In this document: piece after piece, positions 17,133 through 29,729 of the stretch
Numbering within the stretch: position 1 is the first letter of the stretch
How the letters are laid out: every line of letters starts with the position of its first letter
Assembly (NCBI GenBank): GCA_051294375.1
Contig: CM119268.1
Coordinates: 22,628,580-22,692,579 of the forward strand
Direction: 5' to 3'
DNA from: Paraspadella gotoi
Lineage: Eukaryota > Animalia > Chaetognatha
Length of the DNA: 64,000 bases
Program-made: the position numbers and the translations under genes
Notes under the pieces: model-generated
Databases searched by the model: none
Told to the model about the DNA's origin: nothing
What the model saw: only the letters and a program-made list of their open reading frames with translations

Positions 17133-20100
17133 TCATATCAGCCCCTTTTTCCGCTTATAGTCCTCGAGATTCAGAGTTCTCTTCGGCCCGGCCAGCCCGG
17201 CTGGAGAGAGGGCGGGACCGAGTCGGGCTGGATTGTTGGCGGGGACGGGCAGGGACGACGGGACGTTGAGGTCGATGTTGACGTCGAAGTCGTGACAAGA
17301 GAAGAGATCCTCCGTCTTGCTCCCGCCGCCGCCCGTAGAGTTAACCTTGGGTCCATCCTGCTCCGCTCCGACGGGAGACCGCGGCGCGTCGGGCTGCTCC
17401 GCCGCGGCCGCGTTAGGAAGAGCCGGCTGCTTTGACTTTTTGTTTTCGTATCTGGGCGGATTGGGAGAGAGGGAGGGAGAATAACATTAACTTTAAAAAC
17501 TCCATTTCCAAAACTTCCCGCCCTGCCCCTCAAGTCTTCCCCCCCCTGCACCTCAAATCTTCTCCTCAGCTCACCTCTCCTCCAAGAATTGAATGAGATG
17601 ATCCTTGATGACCTTCCCGTCCTGATCCTTGGCCATGTTGACCATCGTTGGCACGGTGGTGCGCCGTTTAAACGGATCCGCCGGTTGATCCTTTTGCACT
17701 TGGTACTCCTTCATCATGGCGGCCTCGGCCACTTTGATGTTGTTCACGCGGTTCCGCTCGTTGATGTAGGTCACAGAGCTGATGTTCTTCGTTCGCTGTC
17801 GGTCCAAATCCGAGGCGCGCTCCTCCAGCTCGGTCAGTTCCTGAATTGACATACGGATGGTAAGGAAAGAGGAAGGAAATATAGATATGGAATTGGTACA
17901 AACAATATAAAATTATCCAATCATTTAATAAATACGCTAGCTTTCCCCTGATTTGAGACAGGCTACGGTGGGTTAAAGCCTCCTTACCTCATACACGATA
18001 ATAACATAGCACGACCCTGTAATCTTTCAAGTAAAAGTCTCTCTAGTTTATCAACTCCCGGAGCACCTGGCCTCCCGATCAATGAATAATTAAAACACCC
18101 AAGCCGAGAAAAAATCAAATAAGTCCAGGAAATTAAGCAATCGCGCGACCGCATCATTTCCTCACAGTCTTGAGCTTATCGGTGGAATCGGTGTTGCCCT
18201 CCTGCTCCGCGATCTCCAACATCTTTAAGAGACGCGTCTTCCTCATCGCGTAGTTGATGGGGTTTTTGCGGAAGCGCTCCTTCTCCTCCACCATTTGGGA
18301 GATCGTCTGGTCGTTGAACTTGAAGGCCAACGCGTCCTTGATCGCGCGCTGCTTCTTTTCCAACTGCGAGGAGAAAAATCAGGCGAATCTCTTAATCTCA
18401 TATACATATTGTAGTACCAAACTTCAATCGTTATATTTTTTTTTAAATGTTAATAATAATTTTGTCTTTCGGTTTGCCAATAATTACTCATTGCCAATAC
18501 TCAGTTTATACTCTCAGCTTGGAAAAATTGGGGAATACTAGAGCAAACTAAACTCACCTCCTTTATTGTGGGAAACGGCATATCGGCCTGGTTCATCGCC
18601 TCCACCCACTTATCGAACTCGTGTTGAGTGAAGTCAGAGTTAGAGATGTATTCGAGACGGTAGACTCTTTCCGCTTTGGCAAACCGGAGCCGCAGACCCT
18701 AGAAGGAAAGTCGACAACGTCAGTCTTGCTACGTCAGCTTTCGAATCTACCACGTCAATGCTCACGCCAACCTTGTTGGTTTTGGTTGACCCAAAGTCGT
18801 AGATCTTGGGAGTTTCCGTGACGCCGACGATTTCCGTGACTCGGTAGACGGGGTGACCCTGATTCGTGCCGATGTTGACGCGGACGAAGCAGCTGACGAC
18901 GGTGTCCTCGAAGAAAGGGGCGTGGACCCATCGCTCGAGTTTGAAGCGGGAGAGACGGATGCGGGAGAGCTCCTCTTTTGTGGTGATCGTCTGGAGGGGA
19001 GGAATGAATGAATGAATGAATGAATGAATGAATGAATGAATGAATGAATGAAAGAATTGAGGATGTGGAAGGAAAAATAACACTCGAGTAATAATTACAA
19101 ACAAATAACCCACATGACAACGGACTCCAAATTTGACATTGTAAGTGGAACATTAACATTTAAGTTAAATATAGAAATGAACTAAAAATGTCATTGACCG
19201 TCGTCCACCACAAACCTTGGGCTTGGAGTCTTCCCGCTCCACCTCGTCGTCGGATCCGCTTCCCGAGGACGGAGATCGCGACCGGGACTTTGAGCCACTG
19301 CTGGAAGAGGAGCTGGAGCTAGAGGAGCTGGAGCGGCTCCTGGAGCGGCGCTTGGGGCTGGACTCCTTCTCCGAGCCGGCGGCGTCGTCGTCGTCGTCGT
19401 CGGATCCTTTTCCGCTTTCGTCGTCGGAGGAAAAGACTTGATTCGTAGTTAATTTCTTCTTCTTCTTCTTTTCTTCCAGACGCTTCTCCTCTTCCTCGCG
19501 TTTTTGCTTTTCTCGATCTTCTTGTTCCTGGACGATGGAGCAAATCAAATAAAATCAAAGAATATAATTTAAAATTAACATAAATCATTTAATCAAGCTA
19601 CTTTATTTCCCAAAGTCCTTGACATTGAAGCAAACTTTTGAAAAAAAAAACATTCCAATCAATCAATCATTCAATCTCCTCCTCCCATTACCTGTCTCTT
19701 CTTCTCTCTCTGTTGCCTGAGTTCGTTGAGCTGCTGCATCTTTGAGGACGCGCCTCTCTTGGCTTCCACTTCTTTCAAGCGCTGGTTACCCGCGTCGGCC
19801 TGGCGAACTGTCCATGAGGGGAAAAAAAGGCGGTTATGACACAGGACTTTGATCTTTGACAAAATCTTGAGCCTTCGCCAGACCCAAACTCAATGACGCC
19901 CACTCCCCCTCCCTTCTCTCACCCGGTGAAGACGAAGTGGATTTCTCCTTCTTCCCCTCCTTCTTCTCTTTCCTCTTCTGCTCCTTCTCTTTCGCCTTCT
20001 TCAATTTCCTCTCGATCTCGAATCGCGTCTTCAAAACTTCTCTCTGTTCGATTCGGTTGAAGAGTTCCTGCTCTCGCTCCTTCTCGGTCATTTGCTGGAG

Positions 20101-21091
20101 TCTGTTGTGGAAAAGAGGAGGAAAATTAAATGCAACAAAAAAGAAAAGGAGAAGGGAGGAAAGAAAAGAAAAGGAGAAGGGAGGAAAGGAAAGAAAAGGA
20201 GAAGGGAGGAAAGAAAAGAAAAGGAGAAGGGAGGAAAGAAAAGAAAAGGAGAAGGGAGGAAAGAAAAGAAAAGGAGAAGGGAGGAAAGAAAAGAAAAGGA
20301 GAAGGGAGGAAAGAAAAGAAAAGGAGAAGGGAGGAAAGAAAAGAAAATGAGAATGGAGGAAAGAAAAGAAAATGAGAATGGAGGAAAGAAAAGAAAAGGA
20401 GAAAAGAGGAAATAAAAAAAAGGAGAGGAAAGAAATTAAAATGAGAAGAGAGGAAAGAAAAGAAAAAGCAAAGCAAGGAGAAAAAAACAAAACAGAGGAA
20501 GAGAAGAGAAGAGAAGAGAAGAGAAGAGAAGAGAAGAGAAGAGAAGAGAAGAGAAGAAGAGAAGAGAAGAAAAGAATCCATACCTCCGCCGATCGTCCTC
20601 GTCTCCCATGAGATTCTCGTCGTATCCATCATTAAACTCCTCAGACTTGTCCGATCCGGCGTCCGAGTCTGAATCGCTGCCGGATTTGTCCGACTCTGAG
20701 TTAACTTCGCCCTCTTCCGGCTCCGATCCTCCGCCATCGTCTTCGTCGTGACTCGAATCAGGAGATTTCTTCTTCGTCGTCGTCGTCTTTTTCTTCTTCT
20801 TCTTCGTCGTCTTCTTCTTGCCCGACTTGCCCGTCCACTCGTCGTCGCTGCCCGAGGACGTGTCCGACTCGGTGCTGCTCTTCGAAGCAGATTTCGACCT
20901 TGAGATAATTTTGTAGCAATTTCATGTAAACGTAACAAGATTCTAACTAATCCAACTGCCCCGTTGATTTACCCGTTAGGTTTTTTCCTCTTGGACAAAG
21001 TGAGGAGCTCCTTGTCCAAATCTTCGCTCTCGCTTCCCGCTGATTCCTCAGAATCGGAGATCACAGTCTTCTTTCGTTTGGGCGCCGGCAT
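17133..21091 (-). CDS. RTF1: RNA polymerase-associated protein RTF1 (PAF1 complex; Plus3 domain), multi-exon
   Basis: [14 protein letters not shown]; [31 protein letters not shown]; Plus3 [35 protein letters not shown]; [17 protein letters not shown]; DPFKRRTT; C-terminus [14 protein letters not shown]. Confidence 0.96.
20137..20572. repeat. purine-rich 24-bp minisatellite (AAGGAGAAGGGAGGAAAGAAAAGA) plus (GAAGA)n in an RTF1 intron
   Basis: Tandem units directly visible. Confidence 0.9.
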
Positions 21092-22092
21092 CGTCGTCGT
21101 CGTCGTCGTCGTCGTTATTGCAGTTTGTGTCTTTTGATTTGACTAAAAGTCTAAGGGATAGAGACGGGGAATCGTGGAAGGAGGCGGGAGACGACGAATC
21201 AGTTGGGGATTTCTGTCCAGAGACAAATATGCGACCAAGTCATCGTAGCCGGAAGAGATCCCGAAGCGAGAAGAGAAGAGAAAAGAGAGAGACCTCTCAT
21301 TATTCTCAATTCAAAATCTGAAGTGAAGGAGAAAATGATTAACGAAAATTCACTTTTTTTTTTTTCCGGTGAAGTTAAATCGGCAATAATATGTTATTCT
21401 TTTAATATCCGTTTCACCAAGAGGATACCAATCAATCCCGATTAAAAATGGAAAAGCTTGCATGCAGGCCGGTTTTAAAGACGAACGAGTTAGTATTACA
21501 ATATTATATCTATTTCCGTTCGAGCGCCAATTTCTTGAAATATTTTAAAAACTGGTTAAAAAATAATTTACTTCCAAGTGCAGTTTATTATACTGAAGAA
21601 AAAAAATCCTAACGTAAAGTCAACAGGACGAAAAAAAAACAGAAAAAAATATAACATCGTTTATTTACGGATAATACTAGCTAATAATAAAAATTTTAAC
21701 TTTAGATATTTTTACGTTGTTTTTAATTTTATGAGAAATTGAAAAGGCGCTTCCCCATGACAATTACATCCAGCAGCTCTACCAAAGATTCAGAAATTCT
21801 TCGCATTATTCACAATTCTACCACTACAATTTTTTTTTGGGGGGGGGTCTCGAACACAATCCGTTAAACTAGAAACGGATTTTTATCGATAAGAAGAAAG
21901 ATTCCATTTTAAAGAATACAGTAATCCGTGGACACACAAAAGGGAATAAAATTAAGATCGAAAGCTCGAAATAGGGGAAAGACACACACACACACAAAAA
22001 AAAAGGTTTATTACCAAAATAGTAAATATATACGTATATTGAGAAATGATTCAAACGTCTGTAATAATGGGAGGGGGGGATACAATGAAGAA

Positions 22093-22863
22093 TTAATTTC
22101 GCACAAACTCGGTCAAGAGTCCCAATTGAATTACGACGTCCGATTTCGGAGGATAAAGACGTCGTGACTCCTCGTCGTCGTTGTCGTCGTCGTCTACGTC
22201 GTCGTCGTCTCTCTCATCCCGCGAGCGAATTCCCCTTAATTCCCCCTCATCATTATAACTCCTAGGAGGGAATGAGGAGAGACGAGAGAGAGGAGTGATG
22301 GAAATGAAGACCAGCGCGGGTTTGATTAAAAGTCAGGGTGGGCGGAAACCAACGAGGGGGAGAAACGCAACCACCCCCTCCCCACTTTTCCACCATCTTC
22401 CCTCGTCCGCCAGATAACCCGCGTCGCAACCGCTCGTCCTCTTCGGAGGAACGTCTCCCCCGACCCCCCCCCCTGCCGACCCGAGAGTCCCTTTTGCAGT
22501 CGTCGCTGTCGTCGTCTTCGGTGACGATATTGGGCGACAGAGATTCCGCGATAGGGAAGCAGATCGTACTTCGAGAGAGGGAAAAGGTAGAAATAAAGAG
22601 AAAGAGAGAGCGAGAGAGCGAAAGAGAGATAGAGGGGACGGAGAGAGAGAGAGAGAGTTTTTTTGTCGACGGTTGGGAAGATTTGAGACGGAACGGACCA
22701 CGACGGACCGGATCCCTCGCCGCGACTCGAACGACGTTTCCTGGGTGAGTTAAAAAAGTAGAGTTACCTTACATTACAAAAACCATTAGTATCACATTCT
22801 AAATCAGCGATGAACTCTCACTAGTGATATTCTTCACCTGGCGTCGTTCGATCGAGTCTCCAT
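22093..22863 (-). CDS. putative small multi-exon hypothetical gene with acidic C-terminus
   Basis: ATG GAG ACT CGA...GCCAG|GTGAAG; acceptors cacccag|, tctcgaag| and ctcctag|; last exon SYNDEGELRGIRSRDERDDDDVDDDDNDDEESRRLYPPKSDVVIQLGLLTEFVRN*. Frame across the middle exon not fully resolved; no family recognised. Confidence 0.3.
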
Positions 22864-23100
22864 GTTTTTCGGTGAATTCGAATTGACTTTTTTTTAAAAT
22901 TTCTTCGCTCTTAACGGGATTTTTTTTTCTCTTTTAAACTTTTTTGTCGGGCGCCACGAAACGCCAGACTCGTCATTTCGTTTCCACCTCGTTTTAAGAT
23001 CCTTTGACGGAAGCAGCGTCGCTTCTTGGTCTCTTCAAGTCAAGAGTCTACAAAAAAAGGTTTTGAAAATTGGGGGCTTATTAAATTCCAAGCAAAGAAG

Positions 23101-24629
23101 TTAAGGCAAATATCGGGTAGATGCCCACCTGTTGTACTCGAGCATGAGACTGGCTTTTTTGATGCCCTCCCAGATTTTGCCAGCCTGGCGAAGCCAAGTC
23201 TTTTCTCCGAGGGCGCCTCCCGATTTTCTGATGGAGAAAAAGTGGGGAAGGAAGAGGGGGGAAGGAGAAAAGAAGAGGGGGAAGGAGAAAGGAAGAGGGG
23301 GAAGGAGAAAGGAAGAGGGGAAGGAGAAAGGAAGAGGGGGAAGGAGAAGGGAGAAAGAGGGGAACAAGTAAGAAGTGAAGCCGCGAATATTATAAACTGA
23401 AGCGGACATAAACTAATACTTACCCGGAGCCGAAAAGGGCGGGGCGGTGATGAAGGCTGAGCAGTTTCTTTTTGAGAACGCGGACCTCCTGCGCGTAGTC
23501 TGAAGGGGCTGACGCGGCAGCACGCGCCGCAGCACGAGCAGCGGGGTAGCGCGTCGACCTTTAAAGCGAAAATTGAAAAAATGAAAACGAAAAGGAGATT
23601 CTTAAACCTCATTTCAAAGATTTAAAGGATTATCAGTTGCAAATGTAATATTCAAGAGATATGAAATTGAAATATCCTGGAGAAAAAAAAAATTAAAAAG
23701 AGATACGTATCAATATTTTTTACTTTCCACGATAAAAAACCTAAAATTCCTACAATATGCAAATGAGATTTAGGAGCTCTGCTTAATCACTAACCTCCCT
23801 TCCGACGAAATGTTCGGAAGTATGTAGAGGTTGACGTCCTTGGCGTCGGCGTCTTTCGCAGTCACCGATTTCCCGGTTTTCGAGGCGGAGGGGGACCGGA
23901 TGTTGAGGGTGGAGTCGGCGAAGATGGAGGCCAGGTGGGTCCGCATCCGGGTGGAGGCGGAGGGCGAGAGATCGTCGGGCGGCGATTTGGTTTGAACGAA
24001 GACGATCGTGGGTTCGTTCGACGGGGAGACGGCGGAGGAAGAGGAGGAGGAGCTGGAAGTCTGAGGGAGGAGGAAGAGTAAATGTTTAGCGGAAGAGAGA
24101 AGAGGATACGAAAATCCTTCCGTCTCTCACCTCGTCCTTTCCTTTGGCGTCGGCCGAAGTGGGTGTGGTCGGACTAAGCGAAGGCTTCAGCATCTCCGCC
24201 GTCAACATCGCCTTCATGAATTCCGCGTCGACGAACCAATCCTGAAGATACCGGAGGATTAAAATAATTTATCAAAAGATTAAAATAACCCATCAAAAGA
24301 TTAAAATAATCCATCAAAAGATTAAAATAATCGACAACCTGAACGACGAGTACGACATGACAGGTAGTGAGCAGCCAAGCGATGAGATGGATCGACTGCA
24401 TGAAGACGCAATTCTCCGCCGTCGCGAAATCGGGAGGATACTTCCGATCGTGATGAATGAGCCCGTCGAGCACCGAGACCGAGAAGACGGGCTGAGTGTC
24501 CAGCAGCAGCAGACGTTGCCCGCCGCAGCCGCCGCCGCCGAAAGAGGAGGCGATGTACATGTCGACGCCGGAGGTTTGGTGACATCCGCCGGCGATGAGC
24601 TCGTCTCTTTCGGTTCTTTAATATTAGAT

Positions 24630-24670
<41 letters not shown>

Positions 24671-27111
24671 GATATTAAATTTCAACTTTTCAAACTTTGA
24701 TTGAGAAAAATCTTCTGACCTAAAGACAGGCTTCTTCCTCTTGTCGGGCTTGACGCCGGCCAAGTGGGAAAGCAGAGTCGACTTGCCGACTCCTTGAGGA
24801 CCGACGACGCCCACGACGAGAAAGTCGGACGAATCGAGGAGGGCGCCCATGCGAGTCTGCACTATAGGATCGTCCCCGCGCCACTGGAACGACTCGTCGA
24901 TGATCTTCACGCTGCGAAGGGAGAAGAGTGAGAAAAGATTCGAAAAATAAATTCCAAGGTCATCTAGGATCCCGTGGTGCAAAGTACGGACGATTAGCTT
25001 AGGATGCTACGGTGAGTAGTACTGAGTACAGAGTACGGTGGCCCTCCTCGTTAATCGGGCTCTCATATCTCTGCATTTTCTCGACGGAAGATGAAAGTAT
25101 AATGTAAAGAATGATCTGCCGACGTCATTATGCAGATAACAGGGCCTCATTGAATAATGAGGTCGTGAGGACGATGGACAATTGAACATTTATAACTCTC
25201 ACTTACCTTTCGATCATCGCCGGAATCGGCGCAAGTTTTTTGGAATAATCAACGGGCGGTGTCGCTATGATGGCACCGCGCGGCGCCGTACCAGCGCCGT
25301 GGGGAGGCGGCGCGGTTCCAGACGTCGCGGGGCGGGCCAATTTGGTGGGCGAATCCGTAGCGAAGCCTTCGGGTTTAGAAGGTAGAGCAGGAAAGGCGTT
25401 CTCGTCTCCGTTCGGGAGGGAGCCGTCGGAACGAGGGGCGGGCACGGCGCTTCCGAGGCCCTGCTTGCGCCACGCCTCCGGACGAGCGACGGTGACGCCG
25501 GAGAAAGTCAACGTGGCGCCGGGCGGAAGATCTCGATCCGCCGAAGGACGATTCGGTCGCAATACCGTCACGGGCTTCATGACGGCGGAGGGCGCGCCCT
25601 GGGGACATGAGATGAGTTTAAAGAATAAAACTACTAAGGTAAGGTCATATCTTAACTCACCCTCCCACCGACTCCAGCTGTCGGCGTCCCGCTGCTGTTG
25701 TATCCGCTGCTTTGGCTCTGAGATGAGGAAGAGGATGATGAGGAGTTTGAGAGGACGACGACGACCTTCTCTCCTTCGCCTTCTCCTTTCTCCGGAGTCT
25801 CCACGACTCGACGCCTTCCTCCTCCTCCTCCTCCTTTCTTCTCCAGCATCGGGTCCTCCCTCGTCTCCTTCCGTCCAACGAAAATCTCAGAGAACGTCGT
25901 CGTCGTCGTCGTCGTCTTTTCGTCTCGTTCCTCGATTTTGGGTCCGGTCCTCATCGTCGGCCAGGCAGACGTCGGTAGCCGCGCTGTCTGTAATAACGAG
26001 ACAATTATTGCTTAGACACATTTGAATCCGACAATGTCATTCTGTTCGTTTTTCCAAGCTTTTTTTAACTAAAAAAGTTTTATTAAAAAAAAAATTTTTC
26101 GCCCGAGCCAGGGGTGTTAAAGAGCCAAAATATGAAATTTCACCTTTTATGAGTATTTTTTAGCTTTTTTCAGTAAATTTTTAATATAAATTATCATTAA
26201 TCCAGTTAATTACTAATGATACTGCTTTTAATTTATCATTATTAACTATTTTTAAAACATTCATTCACAAAAAATATTAGTTTAGGGTTTAAGCCAGGGG
26301 TATTAAAGAGCTAAAATTTCCAAATTGTCTTTTTTAGTATTTTCAAATGATAATTTACTAATTTTTTAAGGATTACATATTTTAATCATGATCATAAAAT
26401 ATTTGATAATTTTAAATGGTTTTTCAAGTTAATTAATTGATTTTTTTATAATTAAAAGCATTACAAACTATTGTGACCTATTTCTAAAAAGTTTTTTTTT
26501 AAAGATTCATCTTTAAAACAAAGCAATTCATAAAATTTTTTAATCATATAATGAAATTGTTACAACAAAGATATAATTATTCAAATGATATCCACTATCC
26601 AGATTTTATGCGATATCGCATAGAAAATAATAATTTTGTTAATGAACTGAAACTAATGTTCTAGTTATAGCAATTTTACCAAAATTAGGTTAAGGGTTAG
26701 TGTTTAGTTTTAACATTTGAGGTAGTTGTAATTCAGGTTGAATAAGTAAAAGTTAGCATTACGATCAACAAGGTTGTTGTAGTTATACCCAACTGGAAAG
26801 TTACAGATGGGAAAAGTTTTATGGGCGATGATAGGTTCAAGGTTCATGCTTGGCCTTGGACGCGAAGCGGAGGTTAGGGCAGGGAGGGACTTACGTGGGA
26901 TGCTAGGATAGAAATGATTTATATTTTAATTACAATTTTTTGAATTTTTCTCTCTTTTCGTTGTTCAATAAGATAGCAGATTCGAAAACGAAAGTTTTTA
27001 GTATTTTTACAACGATTTTATTACAAAGTATTGGAATGTTTTTGACTCTTGTTTTCGAGTCTTCATCAGCATTTGACAGTTGTATTTTTCACAATGGGGA
27101 TAGAGAGAGAG

Positions 27112-27142
<31 letters not shown>

Positions 27143-28494
27143 AGAAAATAGAGAGATTCCAACAAAGAATTGAGAAAGGACAGTGGTCAGATTTCAGGAC
27201 AGGTGAAGGCAAGGACAGGAGAAAGGGGAAATAAGTTGATTTTGAAATGGAGAAAAAGAGAGAGAGAGAAAGAGAAACATTATATTTCAAAAATGTAATG
27301 TTTCTTTTACACAAATTTTTAAATGCATTACTAACGCTGATGAAGACTCGAAATAAAAAGATCGAAACATGTCCGTATAACATTAAATAAAAATGTTGAT
27401 GAAAATATTTTTCAAACTTTGTTTAAATCTCTACACTTACAATGGTTAAAAATTATTGTATATTAAAAAAAATTATTTTATTTAATAACAAAATATTTGT
27501 ATATAGAGTTAAACCAAACTATTACTCTTATCCGTACAAAATTTATATGCGATATCATTTTTAAATTATTTTTTTAATAAAATTATATTTATATATTATA
27601 AATAAACATATTTTATAATAATATCCGAATATTATTTAAATAATTTTATCTTGTAACAATTACATTTTGTGATTAAAAATTAAAATTAATTGCTTTGGAT
27701 CATAGAAGTTTTTGGGGTTTTAGTTTTAAAAAACATTATTAAATTAATTGATTAACTTAAAGCTGGGTAAGTCACCTCAAGCATTTAAAGATATCAAATA
27801 TTTTTCATTACCATGATTAAAATAAGTTATCTTTTAAAAAAATAGTAAATTATAATTTATAAATATTTAAAAAAAATATTTAAATATTTTAGCTCTTCAA
27901 CACCCTTGGCTTAAGCTAAAAACTAATATTCTTTAATGAATGTTTTAAAAACAGTTAATAGGATAAATTAAAATCATTATCAAAGTAATAACTGATTAAA
28001 GATTATTATATTAAAAAATTAAATGGAAAAAGCTAAAAAATACCAAAAAATGGTGAATTTCCATATTTTGACTCTTCAACACTCCTGGCTTGGGCGAAAA
28101 AGTTTTTTTTTTTAATTAAAACTTTTTTAGTTAAAAAGAGCTTGGAAAAACGAACAGAATGACACCCAGAATCGTTATCTAATTAAAACTTTGTCGGATT
28201 CAAATGTGTCTATAATATTGCTAAAACGATTATTTTAATTCTTTTTTTAAAAACTTACATTTATTTTATGACCAAACGTGAAGCGCTTATGTTAATTATT
28301 AATAATAATTTGGGATTGTTCATAAATATTATTAAGAGACAAACATCAATTGACAAAATGTTGAGTCACTAAATAAATATGACCAAATTTGACACAATTC
28401 AAACTCAACAGCTTCTTATACTGCATTGCCCGGTGGGAATCGCATAAATGGGACTTACCCTGGGCTTATCCTTCAGCGAGTATCCAGTAGTCAT
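23101..28494 (-). CDS. SMG9: nonsense-mediated decay factor SMG9 (P-loop NTPase); confident core 23101-25954, tentative first exon 28458-28494
   Basis: SVKIIDE; DFLVVGVVGPQGVGKSTLLSHLAG (Walker A); RLLLLDTQPVFSVSVLD; ENCVFMQSIHLIAWLLTTCHVVLVVQ; C-terminal LGEKTWLRQAGKIWEGIKKASLMLEYNR. The upstream exon ATG ACT...CCCAGG|GTAAGT splices in frame to ttacag|ACAGCG. Confidence 0.9.
26940..27430. mobile_element. degenerate Penelope-like element remnant (inverted pLTR pair) nested in the fold-back element
   Basis: Inverted repeat TTTCGAGTCTTCATCAGC / GCTGATGAAGACTCGAAA, hammerhead core, and AATAAA. Internal ttccaacaaagaattgagaaaggacagtggtcagat and the terminal tail (caacgaaaaga..gaaa.attc) are homologous to the 52126-53411 element. 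Confidence 0.7.
27333..27376 (+). ncRNA. minimal type I hammerhead ribozyme (stem II partly degenerate)
   Basis: ACG-CTGATGA-AGACTC..GATC-GAAAC-AT-GTC-CGT. The minus-strand sibling at ~27035-27073 keeps perfect stem II GACTC/GAGTC but has lost GAAA. Confidence 0.6.
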
Positions 28495-29729
28495 GAAGAT
28501 AGATTAGCGTCGGCATCGAAATGACGATAATTGGGTCAAGATCCGCAGTCGAGACAATCTCGGCACAAACCCCGGCAAGTAAATCCGTCAACAAGATCGC
28601 GACGAACTCTCTCGAACATTTCTTTCAATCTTAAACGAAAGAAAAGGTAAAATAAATACGAGGGCGTGAGTCATAAATCTCCACGATAGACTACAACTAC
28701 GGTTTATGCGAAAGATTTAGCGAAATGCGTAAATTCGTTAATAAATTGTTTTTATTTGGTCGTGCTGCGTAAAATGAACCCAGTAAGGAAATAAATCGCC
28801 CGAAAGATGCTGCTCCAAATTCAGAGCCATTTTTTTCGGGGTCCTGATTTAATTCGCAGGATTTTTTCGCCTCTTTCTCATAAAAGAAAATGAGAAAATT
28901 CGACGTTCATTTGTTTAAATATAAAATACGAAAATTGAGAAACCTGGCGTAAGAAATATCCATTGAAAAATATTCGAGGAAAATGAAATTAATTATTTTA
29001 GCCCATAATATTAATTAATTTATTTCCTATTAATTATGAAATTAAAACAGATAAAAGCTATACAAAATCATAATTTTTTCTTTTGTTCAAAAAAGTTTGA
29101 TTGGGTCGATTACGGGAGGGGACGATAGAAGCGCCGCCGAACGGGGAAACGCTGAACTAAGCGTTTCCTTTTCATCGGCAGCGACTAAAACTTATTTGAC
29201 ACAGCGACTAAGAAACAAAACAACATCCGGGCAGTGATTTTCTCCCACAACATCCGTATGATATTGGTTCTACCGTCAGTTTTTAATTCGCTCTCCAAGC
29301 AACGCTACTGATTCTTTTGTCGGTGGCTTTGTCGGCATCCATTTTCTATAACTCATTGTTTTGTTATGAAACGCAAGAGAAACGCGTTAAAATCATTAAA
29401 TTATTCAAAAACTAATCAAAATACGTGAGGAGGATCGATCGCTAATCAACCTTATGAACCGTCGCCGCTGTTAATCCTTAGTCCGACCGCCTTCGTCGCA
29501 GTTTTTATAGGTGAGTATCGCGTTATTTTTTTTTATGTACGCTTTTCCTGATGTAATATTGATTAGTGATTACGGATTATATTCAACGAGTAACGTTATA
29601 CTTTGGGGCGCTTTTCAATAAGTTTTGGGTCTTTTAACGGATCGGGAATTGAAAAAGCCAACAAAAATCCATCTTCTTTGTCCAGAATTTATTAAAAAAA
29701 AAAAAAAAAAAAAAAACGGAAGAGAAAAA

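Larger units (their letters stand above)
26015..28210. mobile_element. non-autonomous TIR/fold-back DNA transposon with ~600-bp imperfect inverted arms and TA flanks (Tc1/mariner-like)
   Basis: TA|GACACATTTGAATCCGACAA ... TTGTCGGATTCAAATGTGTC|TA; inverted similarity continues from ~26015-26620 to ~27530-28210. Confidence 0.8.

Noticed and set aside
19834-20611. K/E/R/G-rich and F/S/L-rich ORFs
   Set aside because: Derived from the intronic 24-bp purine minisatellite in RTF1.
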